Shown here piece by piece: positions 1 through 9,499 of a stretch of DNA of 64,000 nucleotides (within the stretch, counting starts at the first letter, position 1; every line of letters starts with the position of its first letter). Source of the stretch: an uncultured Bacteroidales bacterium. GTDB lineage: Bacteria > Bacteroidota > Bacteroidia > Bacteroidales > UBA3663. The notes beneath the pieces were generated by a model. The model was given only the letters and a program-made list of their open reading frames with translations. It was not told where the DNA came from and did not search any database. The position numbers and the translations under genes were made by a program. The stretch lies in the NCBI GenBank assembly GCA_937899265.1, contig CALBPV010000036.1, positions 2,184 through 66,183 on the forward strand, in the 5' to 3' direction.

Positions 1-482
1 TTCTTGCTGCGTGTGAAAAGCTTTCCGTCGGAAAAAGCACCGGCACCTCCCTCTCCGAAGCAATAGTTGGAATCGGAATCTACAGCCTGTGTACGCGCTA
101 TGAGAGCCACATCGCGCCTGCGTTCGACCACATTCTTGCCGCGTTCGAGAAGGACGGGCTTCACGCCGCCCTGAATCAAACGGAGAGACGCAAAGAGACC
201 GGCAGGACCGGCTCCCACAACGATGGCCTGCGGGGCATCGGAAGGAACGGGACGATACGCTACGGTCTCGAAACGTTCGACGGGAGGCAGTTCGTTGATG
301 TAGGCATCGACCTCCAACTGAATCATCACTTGGCGCTGTCGGGCATCGATGGACTCGTGGAGGATGCGGAGCCCGCAAAGGGCACGGCGTTCGATGGCGT
401 TCTCGCGTGCAATCAGCTCTTCGAGACGCTCGGCATCGTGCCACACTTCCGGGCGAACGCGCAGACGTATGTTTTTAATCAT
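1..482 (-). CDS. FAD/NAD(P)-dependent oxidoreductase, N-terminal part (gene runs off left edge)
   Basis: Own translation from ATG (complement of 480-482): MIKNIRLRVRPEVW...QAIVVGAGPAGLFASLRLIQGGVKPVLLERGK. This is a GxGxxG dinucleotide-binding fold as in COG2509-type FAD proteins. Absent from the ORF track because it is truncated by the window edge. Confidence 0.6.
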   Translation of the reverse strand, partial: MIKNIRLRVRPEVWHDAERLEELIARENAIERRALCGLRILHESIDARQRQVMIQLEVDAYINELPPVERFETVAYRPVPSDAPQAIVVGAGPAGLFASLRLIQGGVKPVLLERGKNVVERRRDVALIARTQAVDSDSNYCFGEGGAGAFSDGKLFTRSK

Positions 483-491
483 GATGTGCCA

Positions 492-1874
492 TTATTTAAA
501 AAGGAGACGGAACGCCTCGTCCACCCGTCCTACCGGACAAACCTGAATCTTGAGACGGGCAGGATCGAGTGCCTTGAGTGCTACCTGCGGAACGAAAATG
601 CGACGGAATCCGAGTTTTTCGGCTTCGCGAATACGCTGTTCGAGACGGGCCACAGGACGAATCTCGCCGGAGAGTCCCACTTCGCCCGTCATGCAGGTCT
701 GCATATCGACGGGCATATCCATATTGCTTGAAAGGATGGCTGTGATGACACTGAGGTCCATGGCGGGGTCGTTGATGCGAAGTCCGCCGGCAATGTTGAG
801 AAAGACATCTTTCTGTCCGAGTTTGAATCCCACTTTCTTTTCGAGCACAGCGAGCAGCATGTTGAGACGACGGGAATCGAAGCCCGTAGAGGAACGCATA
901 GGCGTGGCATAAGTGGCCGTAGAAACCAGACTTTGGGTTTCGATGAGGAAGGGACGCACGCCCTCCACAGCGGCCGCAATGGCAATGCCGGAGAGCCCCT
1001 CGTGGCGGGTGCTGAGCAGAAGTTCGGAGGGATTGGTCACCTGACGGAGACCGGAAGCCAGCATTTCATAGATACCCAATTCGGAAGTCGAGCCGAAACG
1101 GTTCTTGACGGCACGCAGAATGCGATACATATACTGCGGGTCTCCTTCAAACTGGAGGACAGTATCGACGATATGTTCCAACACTTTCGGACCGGCGAGC
1201 GCTCCTTCCTTGGTGATGTGTCCAATCAGGATGACGGGCGTACCGCTCTCTTTGGCAAACTTGAGGATACGGGACGCACACTCACGAATCTGTCCCACCG
1301 ACCCGGCGGACGATTCGAGGTCGTTGGTCGCAATGGTCTGGATAGAGTCGATGACAACCACATCGGGATTGACGTTGGCGATGTGGGTGAAGATGGAGTC
1401 GAGCGATGTCTCGCAAACAATATAGCAATCCTGGGGCATCGGAGCGCCGTTGGAGAGGCGTTCGGCGCGCATCTTGAGCTGATAGGCACTCTCCTCGCCC
1501 GACACATAGAGCACTTTGCGGTCGGTGATGTGCATGACGGTCTGGAGCACCAAGGTGGATTTTCCGATACCGGGGTCACCGCCCAAGAGTACCATACTTC
1601 CGGGCACCAGTCCGCCGCCCAACACGCGGTTGAGTTCTTCGTCGTGAAGGTCCATGCGAGGCTCTTCGACTCCCTCAATCTCGGAGAGCCGACGGGGTTT
1701 CTCTTTTTGTCCGGGCAATTGGAGAGCACCGGCATGACTGCCTTTGGCATCGGCCTTGGCCGAAACGACTTCTTCGACACAGGTTCCCCACTCGCCGCAC
1801 GAGGGACAACGTCCAAACCACTTGGGTTCTTCACATCCGCACGAACTGCAGAAAAAAGCTGTTTTGGTTTTCAT
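492..1874 (-). CDS. radA: DNA repair protein RadA/Sms
   Basis: ORF 492-2171 trimmed to the internal ATG (complement 1872-1874). Starts MKTKTAFFCSSCGCEEPKWFGRCPSCGEWGT (C4 zinc finger). Has Walker A GDPGIGKST, a KNRFG motif and a Lon-like C-terminal domain. Confidence 0.95.
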   Translation of the reverse strand: MKTKTAFFCSSCGCEEPKWFGRCPSCGEWGTCVEEVVSAKADAKGSHAGALQLPGQKEKPRRLSEIEGVEEPRMDLHDEELNRVLGGGLVPGSMVLLGGDPGIGKSTLVLQTVMHITDRKVLYVSGEESAYQLKMRAERLSNGAPMPQDCYIVCETSLDSIFTHIANVNPDVVVIDSIQTIATNDLESSAGSVGQIRECASRILKFAKESGTPVILIGHITKEGALAGPKVLEHIVDTVLQFEGDPQYMYRILRAVKNRFGSTSELGIYEMLASGLRQVTNPSELLLSTRHEGLSGIAIAAAVEGVRPFLIETQSLVSTATYATPMRSSTGFDSRRLNMLLAVLEKKVGFKLGQKDVFLNIAGGLRINDPAMDLSVITAILSSNMDMPVDMQTCMTGEVGLSGEIRPVARLEQRIREAEKLGFRRIFVPQVALKALDPARLKIQVCPVGRVDEAFRLLFK

Positions 1875-1935
1875 ATTGAGTAACAAAAGCCTCAGGCTGG
1901 GAAAGTCTGAGGCCGTTATTTGATGGGAGAAATGC

Positions 1936-4062
1936 TCAATTCCGCTTGCGGAACACAAGAGCAGTACGTGCAGGGATGTAAAGCTTGAGCCAACCCTTGC
2001 CGTCGCCTTCATAGAGCGGGTCGTAGTTCGTCTCGTAGTCGGCCTTGGGGTCAACGAAACCGAAGCCGCCGTACTTGGGAGAATCGGTGTCGAGTACGAG
2101 GTCGTACTGACCCTTGGGACAGAGGAAGCCGTACTCGGTGAACGAACGCTGACCGTCGAAGTTGAAGACAAAGAGCAGATTGCCGCGCATGTAGGCTATC
2201 ACATGGTCGCCGCGATTGTCCCAAATGGGAACCAAAGGCTGCTCGTTGAACTTCTTGACCTCCTGGACCAGATGAATCTCGTCCTCGTCAAAGCGGTTGA
2301 GGAACTTGTATTTCAACTCCTTGCGATCCACGAGATCCCACTGACGACGAGCATACTTGTAACTCCATCCGTTGCCTTCACGGGGGAAGTCTATCCACTC
2401 GGGATGACCGAATTCGTTGCCCATGAAGTTGAGGTAACCGCCGTTGATGGTGGAGAGGGTGATGAGTCGAATCATCTTGTGAAGTGCAATACCGCGGTTC
2501 ACATCGAAGTCGTCATCGTTCTCCATCATGTGCCAGTACATTTTGGCATCGATGAGACGGAAGATGATGGTCTTGTCGCCCACCAGCGCCTGGTCGTGGC
2601 TCTCAACGTATGAGATGGTCTTCTCGTCGGCACGGCGGTTGGTCATCGTCCAATAGATGTCGGTGGTGTTCCAATCTTCGTCGCGCTTCTCTTTGAGGGT
2701 CTTAATCCAATAGTCCGGAATGCCCATTGCCAAACGATAGTCGAAGCCCATGCCGCCGTCTTCAATCTTGGCGGCCAAACCGGGCATACCGCTCATCTCC
2801 TCGGCAATTGTGATAGCGTGAGGATTGAATTCGTGAATGAGTTTGTTGGCCAGCGTGAGGTAACAGATGGCATCGCCGTCCTGAGTTCCGTTGTAGTAGT
2901 CATCGTAGCTGCCGAAATCCTGACCCAAACCGTGACTGAGATATAACATCGAGGTCACGCCGTCGAAACGGAAGCCGTCGAACTTGAATTCGTCTAACCA
3001 ATACTTACAGTTGGAGAGCAGAAAATGGAGCACTTCGTTGGAAGCATAGTTGAAACAGAGGCTGTCCCATGCCGGATGTTCGCGACGACCGCCGGAATAG
3101 AAATATTGGTCGGGCATGCCGCAGAAGTTGCCCAAGCCTTCGATTTCGTTCTTCACGGCGTGGCTGTGGACTATATCCATGATGACGGCAATGCCCATCT
3201 CGTGGGCTTCGTCGATGAGACGCTTGAGTTCGTCGGGAGTACCGAAACGCGACGAGGGGGCAAAGAAATTGCTCACATGATAGCCGAACGAACCATAGTA
3301 CGGATGTTCCTGAATGGCCATAATCTGGATGGCCGTGTAGCCCAGCTTCTTGACGCGGGGCAGCACATTCTTGCGGAATTCATCGTAGGTTCCGACTTTT
3401 TCTTCGCTGGTAGCCATACCGATGTGGCACTCATAGATGAGCAGCGGCTCGGTCTTGGGCACAAAGTTTTCAACCTTGAACTTATAGGCGTGGGAGGGTT
3501 CCCAAACCTGGGCCGAGAAGATTTTTGTCTCATCGTCCTGAACCACACGGTTCACCCATGCGGGAATACGTTCTCCCCAGCCTCCGTCCCAATAGATATG
3601 GAGCTTGTAGAGATCCTTGTGGTGCATCGCTTCGGCGGGCAGAATGATTTCCCACACGCCTCCGTCACCCAACTTGGTCATCGCATAATCTTCGCGTTCC
3701 TCCCAGTCGTTGAAGTCGCCCACAAGATAAATCTTTGTGGCATTGGGAGCCCATTCGCGGAAAATCCACTTCGCCCCTTTCTTGTGGAGACCGAAGTACA
3801 AATAACCGGAAGCCATAGCCGAGAGGGAACCGGCCTCACGCGTGAGTTCGTGGTCCTTCCACAGCATATATTTATAGCGTCCTACGATGGCTCCGCTGTA
3901 AGGCGAGAGATAGGGGTCGCGCTTGATGATACCAAAACGATCGGGTTGCAAACCGTTCATCCATTCCGCAATCAGATTGTCGTCACCTGTGGCGAGTATC
4001 TGTTCTGCATTCTTGGGAATGGAAATGATTTTACGTGTCTTGGCAGGAACTTGTTTTTTCAT
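1936..4062 (-). CDS. glgB: 1,4-alpha-glucan branching enzyme (GH13)
   Basis: GH13 conserved regions DIVHSHA, GFRFDGVTSMLY, IAEEMSG and YVESHDQ, a branching-enzyme type signature. The first ORF codon is GTG (4065); ATG follows at 4062. Confidence 0.85.
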   Translation of the reverse strand: MKKQVPAKTRKIISIPKNAEQILATGDDNLIAEWMNGLQPDRFGIIKRDPYLSPYSGAIVGRYKYMLWKDHELTREAGSLSAMASGYLYFGLHKKGAKWIFREWAPNATKIYLVGDFNDWEEREDYAMTKLGDGGVWEIILPAEAMHHKDLYKLHIYWDGGWGERIPAWVNRVVQDDETKIFSAQVWEPSHAYKFKVENFVPKTEPLLIYECHIGMATSEEKVGTYDEFRKNVLPRVKKLGYTAIQIMAIQEHPYYGSFGYHVSNFFAPSSRFGTPDELKRLIDEAHEMGIAVIMDIVHSHAVKNEIEGLGNFCGMPDQYFYSGGRREHPAWDSLCFNYASNEVLHFLLSNCKYWLDEFKFDGFRFDGVTSMLYLSHGLGQDFGSYDDYYNGTQDGDAICYLTLANKLIHEFNPHAITIAEEMSGMPGLAAKIEDGGMGFDYRLAMGIPDYWIKTLKEKRDEDWNTTDIYWTMTNRRADEKTISYVESHDQALVGDKTIIFRLIDAKMYWHMMENDDDFDVNRGIALHKMIRLITLSTINGGYLNFMGNEFGHPEWIDFPREGNGWSYKYARRQWDLVDRKELKYKFLNRFDEDEIHLVQEVKKFNEQPLVPIWDNRGDHVIAYMRGNLLFVFNFDGQRSFTEYGFLCPKGQYDLVLDTDSPKYGGFGFVDPKADYETNYDPLYEGDGKGWLKLYIPARTALVFRKRN

Positions 4063-4074
4063 CACGACACAATT

Positions 4075-4521
4075 TTAGAGCTTGACTTTGACGATAACTT
4101 TTTTCCACTTGCCTTCGCCAATGCCGGGCTGGTGTCCGTCCTCGGGGAAGAAGATGGCAAACTGACCCTTCTTGACGGTGAGCATCACCTGGGCGGGGTC
4201 TTTCCAGAACATCACGTCCTTCTCGGGATTGTAGGCATCACGCACTTCCTTGAGGTCGCAGACGGGAGTGTAGCCCATCTGCTCGTCCTGCTCGATAGCA
4301 ACCTGGATGTCGATGTAATCCTTGTGGCTCTCCATCTTGGCGGTCTGAGCGTCCTTACCTGTGATTTCGGTAAAGTTCACGAACAAATCCTTCTCCTTGA
4401 GGTAAATTTTCTGAGGCTCAAGTTTGGAGAAATCTGTTGACTTGATGTAATCAAATGCTTCTTTGAAAGCGGGATGCAGGCTGATGTAGAGATCAGCATT
4501 TGCGAGCGAATCTAATACCAT
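4075..4521 (-). CDS. YhcH/YjgK/YiaL (DUF386) family protein
   Basis: 148 aa from ATG (complement 4519-4521): MVLDSLANADLY...GQFAIFFPEDGHQPGIGEG. The length and the FFPxDxHxP-type motif fit the family. The upstream part of the 235-aa ORF looks non-coding. Confidence 0.7.
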   Translation of the reverse strand: MVLDSLANADLYISLHPAFKEAFDYIKSTDFSKLEPQKIYLKEKDLFVNFTEITGKDAQTAKMESHKDYIDIQVAIEQDEQMGYTPVCDLKEVRDAYNPEKDVMFWKDPAQVMLTVKKGQFAIFFPEDGHQPGIGEGKWKKVIVKVKL

Positions 4522-4590
4522 AGCTTTAAGTTTAATGCGTGAAAAATTAATACCTTGAGTGTTGCGTTCCCAAAACTTTAAAACGCAACA

Positions 4591-4616
4591 GCGAGATTCC
4601 CGGCTTGGAATCTCGC
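4591..4616 (-). terminator. Perfect 10-bp GC-rich hairpin followed by a T-rich tract on the minus strand
   Basis: gcgagattcc-cggctt-ggaatctcgc. On the minus strand it is followed by TGTTGCGTTTTAAAGTTTT. It lies downstream of the ECF operon and upstream of the DUF386 gene. Confidence 0.5.
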
Positions 4617-4782
4617 TGCAAATATAAGGATTATTTTTCAAACCACCAAAATTTTCTTGCAAATATTTCAGTTTTGGGGGATAAATCGTTGAATTTTTCT
4701 GTTTTTGTCGTCTGACAGCGCATAAATTTGAACAAAATCCGACATCTGCTGAAATGGTTCTCGGAGTCTCAAAATCGCGCAA

Positions 4783-5298
4783 TCATTTACGTCTGTTCTC
4801 TCCTTTGCGCACGTTCTGATTATCTTTTCCATTGGGTTGTTTGCCCTTGTTCCAGAACTGCGCTTTGAAACGTTTCTCGGCCTTCACGTAATCGTAGAGC
4901 TGTTTGGGTGTCAGCACCATCTCGAACTTGTTGAGATAGTCGCGATCCAAGAGGGCATCCTCGTAGTTGAGCTGTGCGTCGTTCATGACTGCCTTGAGAT
5001 AAAGTTCGTCCGATACGGTACCGTTGTTCTTCTTCATCTCACGATGCAATTCGCGCGAAGACTGTCCGTATTTTTCGAAGAGGGCTCCTTTGGCTTTCTG
5101 CAATTCCTCATAGAGAGGGCGGAACTTCTGGGCCGTTGCCTCATCGAGTTTCATTTCGTTCACAATGTAGTCGGTCTTGTTGCGAAGGAATTGCTCGAAT
5201 GAGGGCCGTTCTCCGCTTGGATTCTGCGGGTCTTCCTGTGCTATGGCCAAAGTAGAACTCATCAGAAGGGCCAATGCGAATGACAGAATAGTTTTCAT
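4783..5298 (-). CDS. Secreted periplasmic LTxxQ (Spy/CpxP-like) protein
   Basis: Signal peptide MKTILSFALALLMSSTLAIAQ from ATG (complement 5296-5298). Helical K/E-rich protein with an LTPKQL motif. Third gene of the ECF sigma operon. Confidence 0.6.
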   Translation of the reverse strand: MKTILSFALALLMSSTLAIAQEDPQNPSGERPSFEQFLRNKTDYIVNEMKLDEATAQKFRPLYEELQKAKGALFEKYGQSSRELHREMKKNNGTVSDELYLKAVMNDAQLNYEDALLDRDYLNKFEMVLTPKQLYDYVKAEKRFKAQFWNKGKQPNGKDNQNVRKGENRRK

Positions 5299-5333
5299 AG
5301 GGATTTTTTTGTAATTGTCAATTCTGTTAAAAA

Positions 5334-5744
5334 TCACAATTCTTCGCTGTAGAGAGCCTCGTAGATATCATAATCCGAGACAGAGGCCAACATCATCGAT
5401 TCGCTCAGGTCTGAGGTTTCGGAGATTGCTTCTGCTGTCACAGCCTCGCCCGCCAAGGTCTCGTTGTAAGCAGCTTCGCGAGGAGAGAACCAAACGAAGA
5501 GACCCGTAATCAATGCGACACTGGCAGCGATGCTCCACCAGAGAATGTGGTGGCTACCGGCGGCTGCCTGCGGCTCCAATGGAAGAGTAGGAGCTGTGCG
5601 CTGTGCCTTCTGCGCTTCGAGTTCGTCGATTTTAAGCTCCAGATTCTTCTGGAAGTCGGCGAAGAAACCCTCGGGCACCGTCATTCCTGTTTCGTAAGTC
5701 CCGAAATCAGGTTCGTTCCAATCGTTCATCTTAATCTGTTTCAT
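5334..5744 (-). CDS. Putative anti-sigma factor (single-pass membrane protein)
   Basis: 136 aa with one hydrophobic span (ILWWSIAASVALITGLFVWF). Lies immediately downstream of the ECF sigma gene. No recognisable catalytic motif. Confidence 0.55.
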   Translation of the reverse strand: MKQIKMNDWNEPDFGTYETGMTVPEGFFADFQKNLELKIDELEAQKAQRTAPTLPLEPQAAAGSHHILWWSIAASVALITGLFVWFSPREAAYNETLAGEAVTAEAISETSDLSESMMLASVSDYDIYEALYSEEL

Positions 5745-5811
5745 TTTGTTTCATTTTTTGTCCTTATGACACCTTCTGCAGAGGAAGGTTTAAAAGTTTA
5801 TCGCATTTTTT

Positions 5812-6378
5812 TCACACTTCGTTTTTGTGGAAATAGGCTGCCACTTTTTCTGCTGCGAAATGATAGCTGGCCTTGAGGGCTCCCACCGAAGTATTGAGAA
5901 TGGCCGAGATTTCCTCGTATGGCATGTCGTCGAAATACCTCATATTGAAGACCTGTCTCTGCTTGGCGGGCAGCGTAGCTATCGCCTTGAGCAGTGTTCG
6001 CTGGGTCTCGTCTCCGTCGAAATATTTGTCGGCCTGGAGCTGGTCCATCAGGAATCCTTCGGGGTCGCTTTGGGTCATCTCCTGCTCGGCCTGTCTCTTC
6101 TGGAGGAAGGTGATGGATTCGTTGTGGGCAATGGAGTAGAGCCACGTTGAGATTTTGGCTTCTCCCCGGAAATTGTCGAGATTGGTCCAGGCCTTGAGGA
6201 AGGTATTCTGCAAGACATCGGCCGTATCGTCGTGGGAGATGAGGAGTTTCCTTATCTGCCAATAAAGTTGTTCCTGATAAATGCCCACCATCTCTGTGAA
6301 GGCGGCTCGGCGCGTGTCGGGATTTATCAGTCTGGCTGTCAGCCGGGCCTCTTCCGATGGATTGAGTGTTTTGGACAT
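5812..6378 (-). CDS. RNA polymerase ECF-type sigma-70 factor
   Basis: 188 aa. Region 2 (DDTADVLQNTFLKAW...FRGEAKISTWLYSIAHNE) and region 4 (LPAKQRQVFNMRYFDDMPYEEISAILNTSVGALKASY) are readable. Confidence 0.9.
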   Translation of the reverse strand: MSKTLNPSEEARLTARLINPDTRRAAFTEMVGIYQEQLYWQIRKLLISHDDTADVLQNTFLKAWTNLDNFRGEAKISTWLYSIAHNESITFLQKRQAEQEMTQSDPEGFLMDQLQADKYFDGDETQRTLLKAIATLPAKQRQVFNMRYFDDMPYEEISAILNTSVGALKASYHFAAEKVAAYFHKNEV

Positions 6379-6429
6379 GTTGTTCGTTTTGCTTAACTTG
6401 TTTTTTGGACGATGGTTCTGTTGAAAAGT

Positions 6430-9342
6430 TTAAAATTCACGAGGGTTCCGTTGGCAGAGTTCTGTAAACGGACAGAAAGTACAATGTTTGATGTCGGCCT
6501 GAACGAAGGGCACTGCGGGGTCATAGAGTTCGTTGACCATCAGGCGGAACTCTTCCTCGAAGCCGTCCATTTGGGTGCGCAGTTCTCTCAACTGACCCTC
6601 CTCTCCCGTCAATGCCGTCGAGACATCGGGGTCGGTAAAGCGGCGCACATGGTAGAGATGTCCTTCCAGCCTATAGTCCTGCAAATGGATTTGAGGCCCT
6701 AAAATGGCTTGGGAAGGAAACTTCAGCAGCATCATTCCGTAGAGCATCACCTGGAAGGCTTCGTCCGAGGCTGCGAGTTTCAGTTTGTTCTTGGGATTGG
6801 ACGTTTTGTAATCGACGATTCTCAGAGCTCCGCGACACACATCGATGCGATCGTAGATTCCCTTGAGATTCACTTTCAGGTGGGGCGATACCTCATAGGT
6901 GAACCGTTCGCTTTTTTCCAATGCGACGATTCTCAGAGGCGAGAGTTTGGCATCGTGTTTCAGGGTATTCTTCACATACGTCACGATGATGTCGGCCACC
7001 AACTGGTGATAACCTGTCAGATCCGTCACCCCGATTTCCTTTCGGAATTGGTCGCACACCATATTATATATATAGGGTTCGTTGGCGAGTATTTTTTTTA
7101 ACACGTCGCTCTGCACCTCCTTCCCTATGAAGGGACGGTACAGCTGCTCCATCACACCGTGATAGATATTGCCGAACACGTTGCTGGCCATTTCCTCCTT
7201 CACGGTCTCTTCTTCGCGAAGGTCTTTGATGTAACTGAAGTAGAATTCCAACGTGCAGTTGCGATAGATTTTAAATGCCGTAGCCGAGAAATGCTTGTCT
7301 CCTCCCATGCGATATCTGTCCAACAGGGCTCTCACCTCGGGTGATTTCTCTATCTCTATGGGATCCACATTCACCACACCGGGCTCGTATTGTACAAAAT
7401 GCGTATGGCTGTCCAAATCGATGTGATAGAGATAGCGCAGCTGCTTCAGGTAACGGGACTCCTCGCCCGACAACAATCCTTCGGAACGCGAGTCGTAAAT
7501 CAGCGTCACCTGTTTGGCACGTGAAAGAAGTCGGTAGAAATGGTAGGCAAAGACGGCATCCTTGTGTTGCTGGGTGGGCAAGTGGAACGCGTGGCGTAGC
7601 GACATCGGGATGAACGTGTTGACCGACGTTTTGGCCGGAAATACGCCTTCGTTCATCGAAAGCAAAATCACGCGGTCGAAGTCCAGACCTCGTGTCTCCA
7701 ACACACCCATCAGCTGCAATCCGCTCAGAGGTTCGCCCGAGAAGGGCACGGAGAGTCCGCGTGTGAGTTGCTGGACGAGGCGGAAGAATGTCTGCACGTT
7801 AAAGGTCCAATCCACTCCCCCGATGAGGTCTGCCAGTTTTTCGACCACATCGATGTATGCCTTCAGAAATTCGCGGTCGAAGACGGTGAAGCGTTCCTCT
7901 TCCTTGTCGTCTATCACACAATGGGTCAGATATTTGAAAATTTTCAGCAGATAAACGACAGCTTCCCCAACGGTCTCCACCGGCTGGAATATCAGACTCA
8001 GCCAACTGTCGTGGGTCAACATTTTTTGGGGCACGATGTAGCGGTTCTGCCGGTTGATTTCGTGGGTCAGCTCCAGCGCCGGGTCGCCTGTGATACTGAG
8101 TGTGAAATGATGGGTAAGCAAGGGGAGTACGCTCTTGTAGAAGAACGAGGCCTCTCCCTCGCTTGTCCGCTGTGTCTGCTGGAGACCGGCGAGGTGATCG
8201 ACAAACGCCGACACCGCTGTTCCTTTGAGGCTGTAACCCATCGTGATGTTGTAGGACGGGATTTCGGGAGGCAGGGCATAGACCATCGGCAGCATGAGAT
8301 TTTCTGCCGGCAAAACCACCGCTGTGCGGAACGCTTCTTCCGGGGTTTCGATATGCCAGTCTTTGAGCTGACGGGCGGCCACTTGTGCCTGTCCCACGCC
8401 CGAGGGAACCACATAGACATTGAACTCCCTGTCCGAGTCTGGCACAAGACTTCCCTGCCTTTCTTCTTCGGGAATGGCATCGGGGAAATCCTGCAGGTTC
8501 CTCCGTGTGAAAAAGGCTCCCTGCGACTTCATTTCGCCGTCGTGCAGTCGGGGGTCGTCATAGTCCCAACAGAACTCGGCCACGCCTTCCTTTTGGAGCC
8601 AGCGCATCAGGGCACGTTCGGTCTCGGTGATGGCAGTCAGTCCCACGAAAACTATCTTCTCCGTGTGGAGCAGCTGACGAGGGTCGCCGCTGTTCCAGAT
8701 ACCGCGTTCGCCGTTGCAGTATTCTTCTATCACTTCCCGCTCCAACATTCCCTCATAGGCCAGACCGTCTCGACGCAATTCCTCGCGAAAGGTTTTGTAG
8801 AGGTCGTAGAGAATGCTCCACGTCTCCTCAAACACCTGCTTCTTTCTCTCCTCGCTCAACTGGGCCACGCTCTTCCAGAACCTTTCCACCACAGCCCGTT
8901 CTTCATCGGTCATTGTGCCGTAGCGCAGGTCGATTTCTTTGAGGTCGCGGATGTTGGTGAACAAGCGGCGGGCATCCGTCAAGTATTCGTCCACATCGTT
9001 GAAATCGCCCAACAGTATGTCGCCCCAGAAGACGAAACTGTCAAACGACTCTCCGCTCTTCGACAGTTTCCGGTAGAGGGTGTAGAGACGGAACAGAAGC
9101 TCCGTACGATCCAGTACTCTTAGGTCGGAGAATTGGGTGAAAATGTCGGCAATGGTCGTGGTGCGCGGTGCGAAAACCGGCGCTGTCACAGACTGCGTCA
9201 AATAGTGTTCCATGAAGAGTCCGCTTCTTCGGTTGGGGAACACGAAAAGGTGCGAGGCCAAATGAACGGCTCGCCGGGCGGGTGTCATGCCTTCACTCTG
9301 TCGCAAATAATGTTCTGCAACGATTCTGAGGAACTCTTTCAT
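6430..9342 (-). CDS. PD-(D/E)XK nuclease family protein, AddB-like
   Basis: About 970 aa from ATG (complement 9340-9342; MKEFLRIVAEHYL). The C-terminal end has RIDVCRGALRIVDYKTS (nuclease core) and a Cys cluster ...HCTFCPFTELC, as in AddB/RecB-family nuclease domains. Confidence 0.7.
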   Translation of the reverse strand: MKEFLRIVAEHYLRQSEGMTPARRAVHLASHLFVFPNRRSGLFMEHYLTQSVTAPVFAPRTTTIADIFTQFSDLRVLDRTELLFRLYTLYRKLSKSGESFDSFVFWGDILLGDFNDVDEYLTDARRLFTNIRDLKEIDLRYGTMTDEERAVVERFWKSVAQLSEERKKQVFEETWSILYDLYKTFREELRRDGLAYEGMLEREVIEEYCNGERGIWNSGDPRQLLHTEKIVFVGLTAITETERALMRWLQKEGVAEFCWDYDDPRLHDGEMKSQGAFFTRRNLQDFPDAIPEEERQGSLVPDSDREFNVYVVPSGVGQAQVAARQLKDWHIETPEEAFRTAVVLPAENLMLPMVYALPPEIPSYNITMGYSLKGTAVSAFVDHLAGLQQTQRTSEGEASFFYKSVLPLLTHHFTLSITGDPALELTHEINRQNRYIVPQKMLTHDSWLSLIFQPVETVGEAVVYLLKIFKYLTHCVIDDKEEERFTVFDREFLKAYIDVVEKLADLIGGVDWTFNVQTFFRLVQQLTRGLSVPFSGEPLSGLQLMGVLETRGLDFDRVILLSMNEGVFPAKTSVNTFIPMSLRHAFHLPTQQHKDAVFAYHFYRLLSRAKQVTLIYDSRSEGLLSGEESRYLKQLRYLYHIDLDSHTHFVQYEPGVVNVDPIEIEKSPEVRALLDRYRMGGDKHFSATAFKIYRNCTLEFYFSYIKDLREEETVKEEMASNVFGNIYHGVMEQLYRPFIGKEVQSDVLKKILANEPYIYNMVCDQFRKEIGVTDLTGYHQLVADIIVTYVKNTLKHDAKLSPLRIVALEKSERFTYEVSPHLKVNLKGIYDRIDVCRGALRIVDYKTSNPKNKLKLAASDEAFQVMLYGMMLLKFPSQAILGPQIHLQDYRLEGHLYHVRRFTDPDVSTALTGEEGQLRELRTQMDGFEEEFRLMVNELYDPAVPFVQADIKHCTFCPFTELCQRNPREF

Positions 9343-9346
9343 GCCA

Positions 9347-9354
9347 CAAAGATA
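9347..9354 (-). promoter_or_regulatory. Bacteroidetes -7 box (TATCTTTG on minus strand), 4 nt before the ATG of the AddB-like gene
   Basis: The plus strand reads caaagata at 9347-9354, matching the TAnnTTTG consensus known for Bacteroides sigma-A promoters. Confidence 0.5.
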
Positions 9355-9427
9355 AAGTTTTTTTCTGAATCTTTGTCCTAAATCGAAAAAAAAATCAACA
9401 TTTCTCGTTTTTCTCGCCAAAATTGCT

Positions 9428-9435
9428 TATCTTTG
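9428..9435 (+). promoter_or_regulatory. -7 box TATCTTTG upstream of the dipeptide epimerase
   Basis: Exact TAnnTTTG match about 65 nt upstream of ATG 9500. Confidence 0.5.
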
Positions 9436-9499
9436 CAGCCGGAAATACAAAAGAAAACGTCCTTTTCGGCCTCTTTTGCACCCTTCCCGCTATTCAAAA

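Noticed and set aside
1875-2171. N-terminal extension of the radA ORF overlapping the 3' end of glgB
   Set aside because: RadA proteins begin with the C4 zinc finger found at MKTKTAFFCSSCG. The extension is S/T/R-rich and lies inside the branching-enzyme gene.
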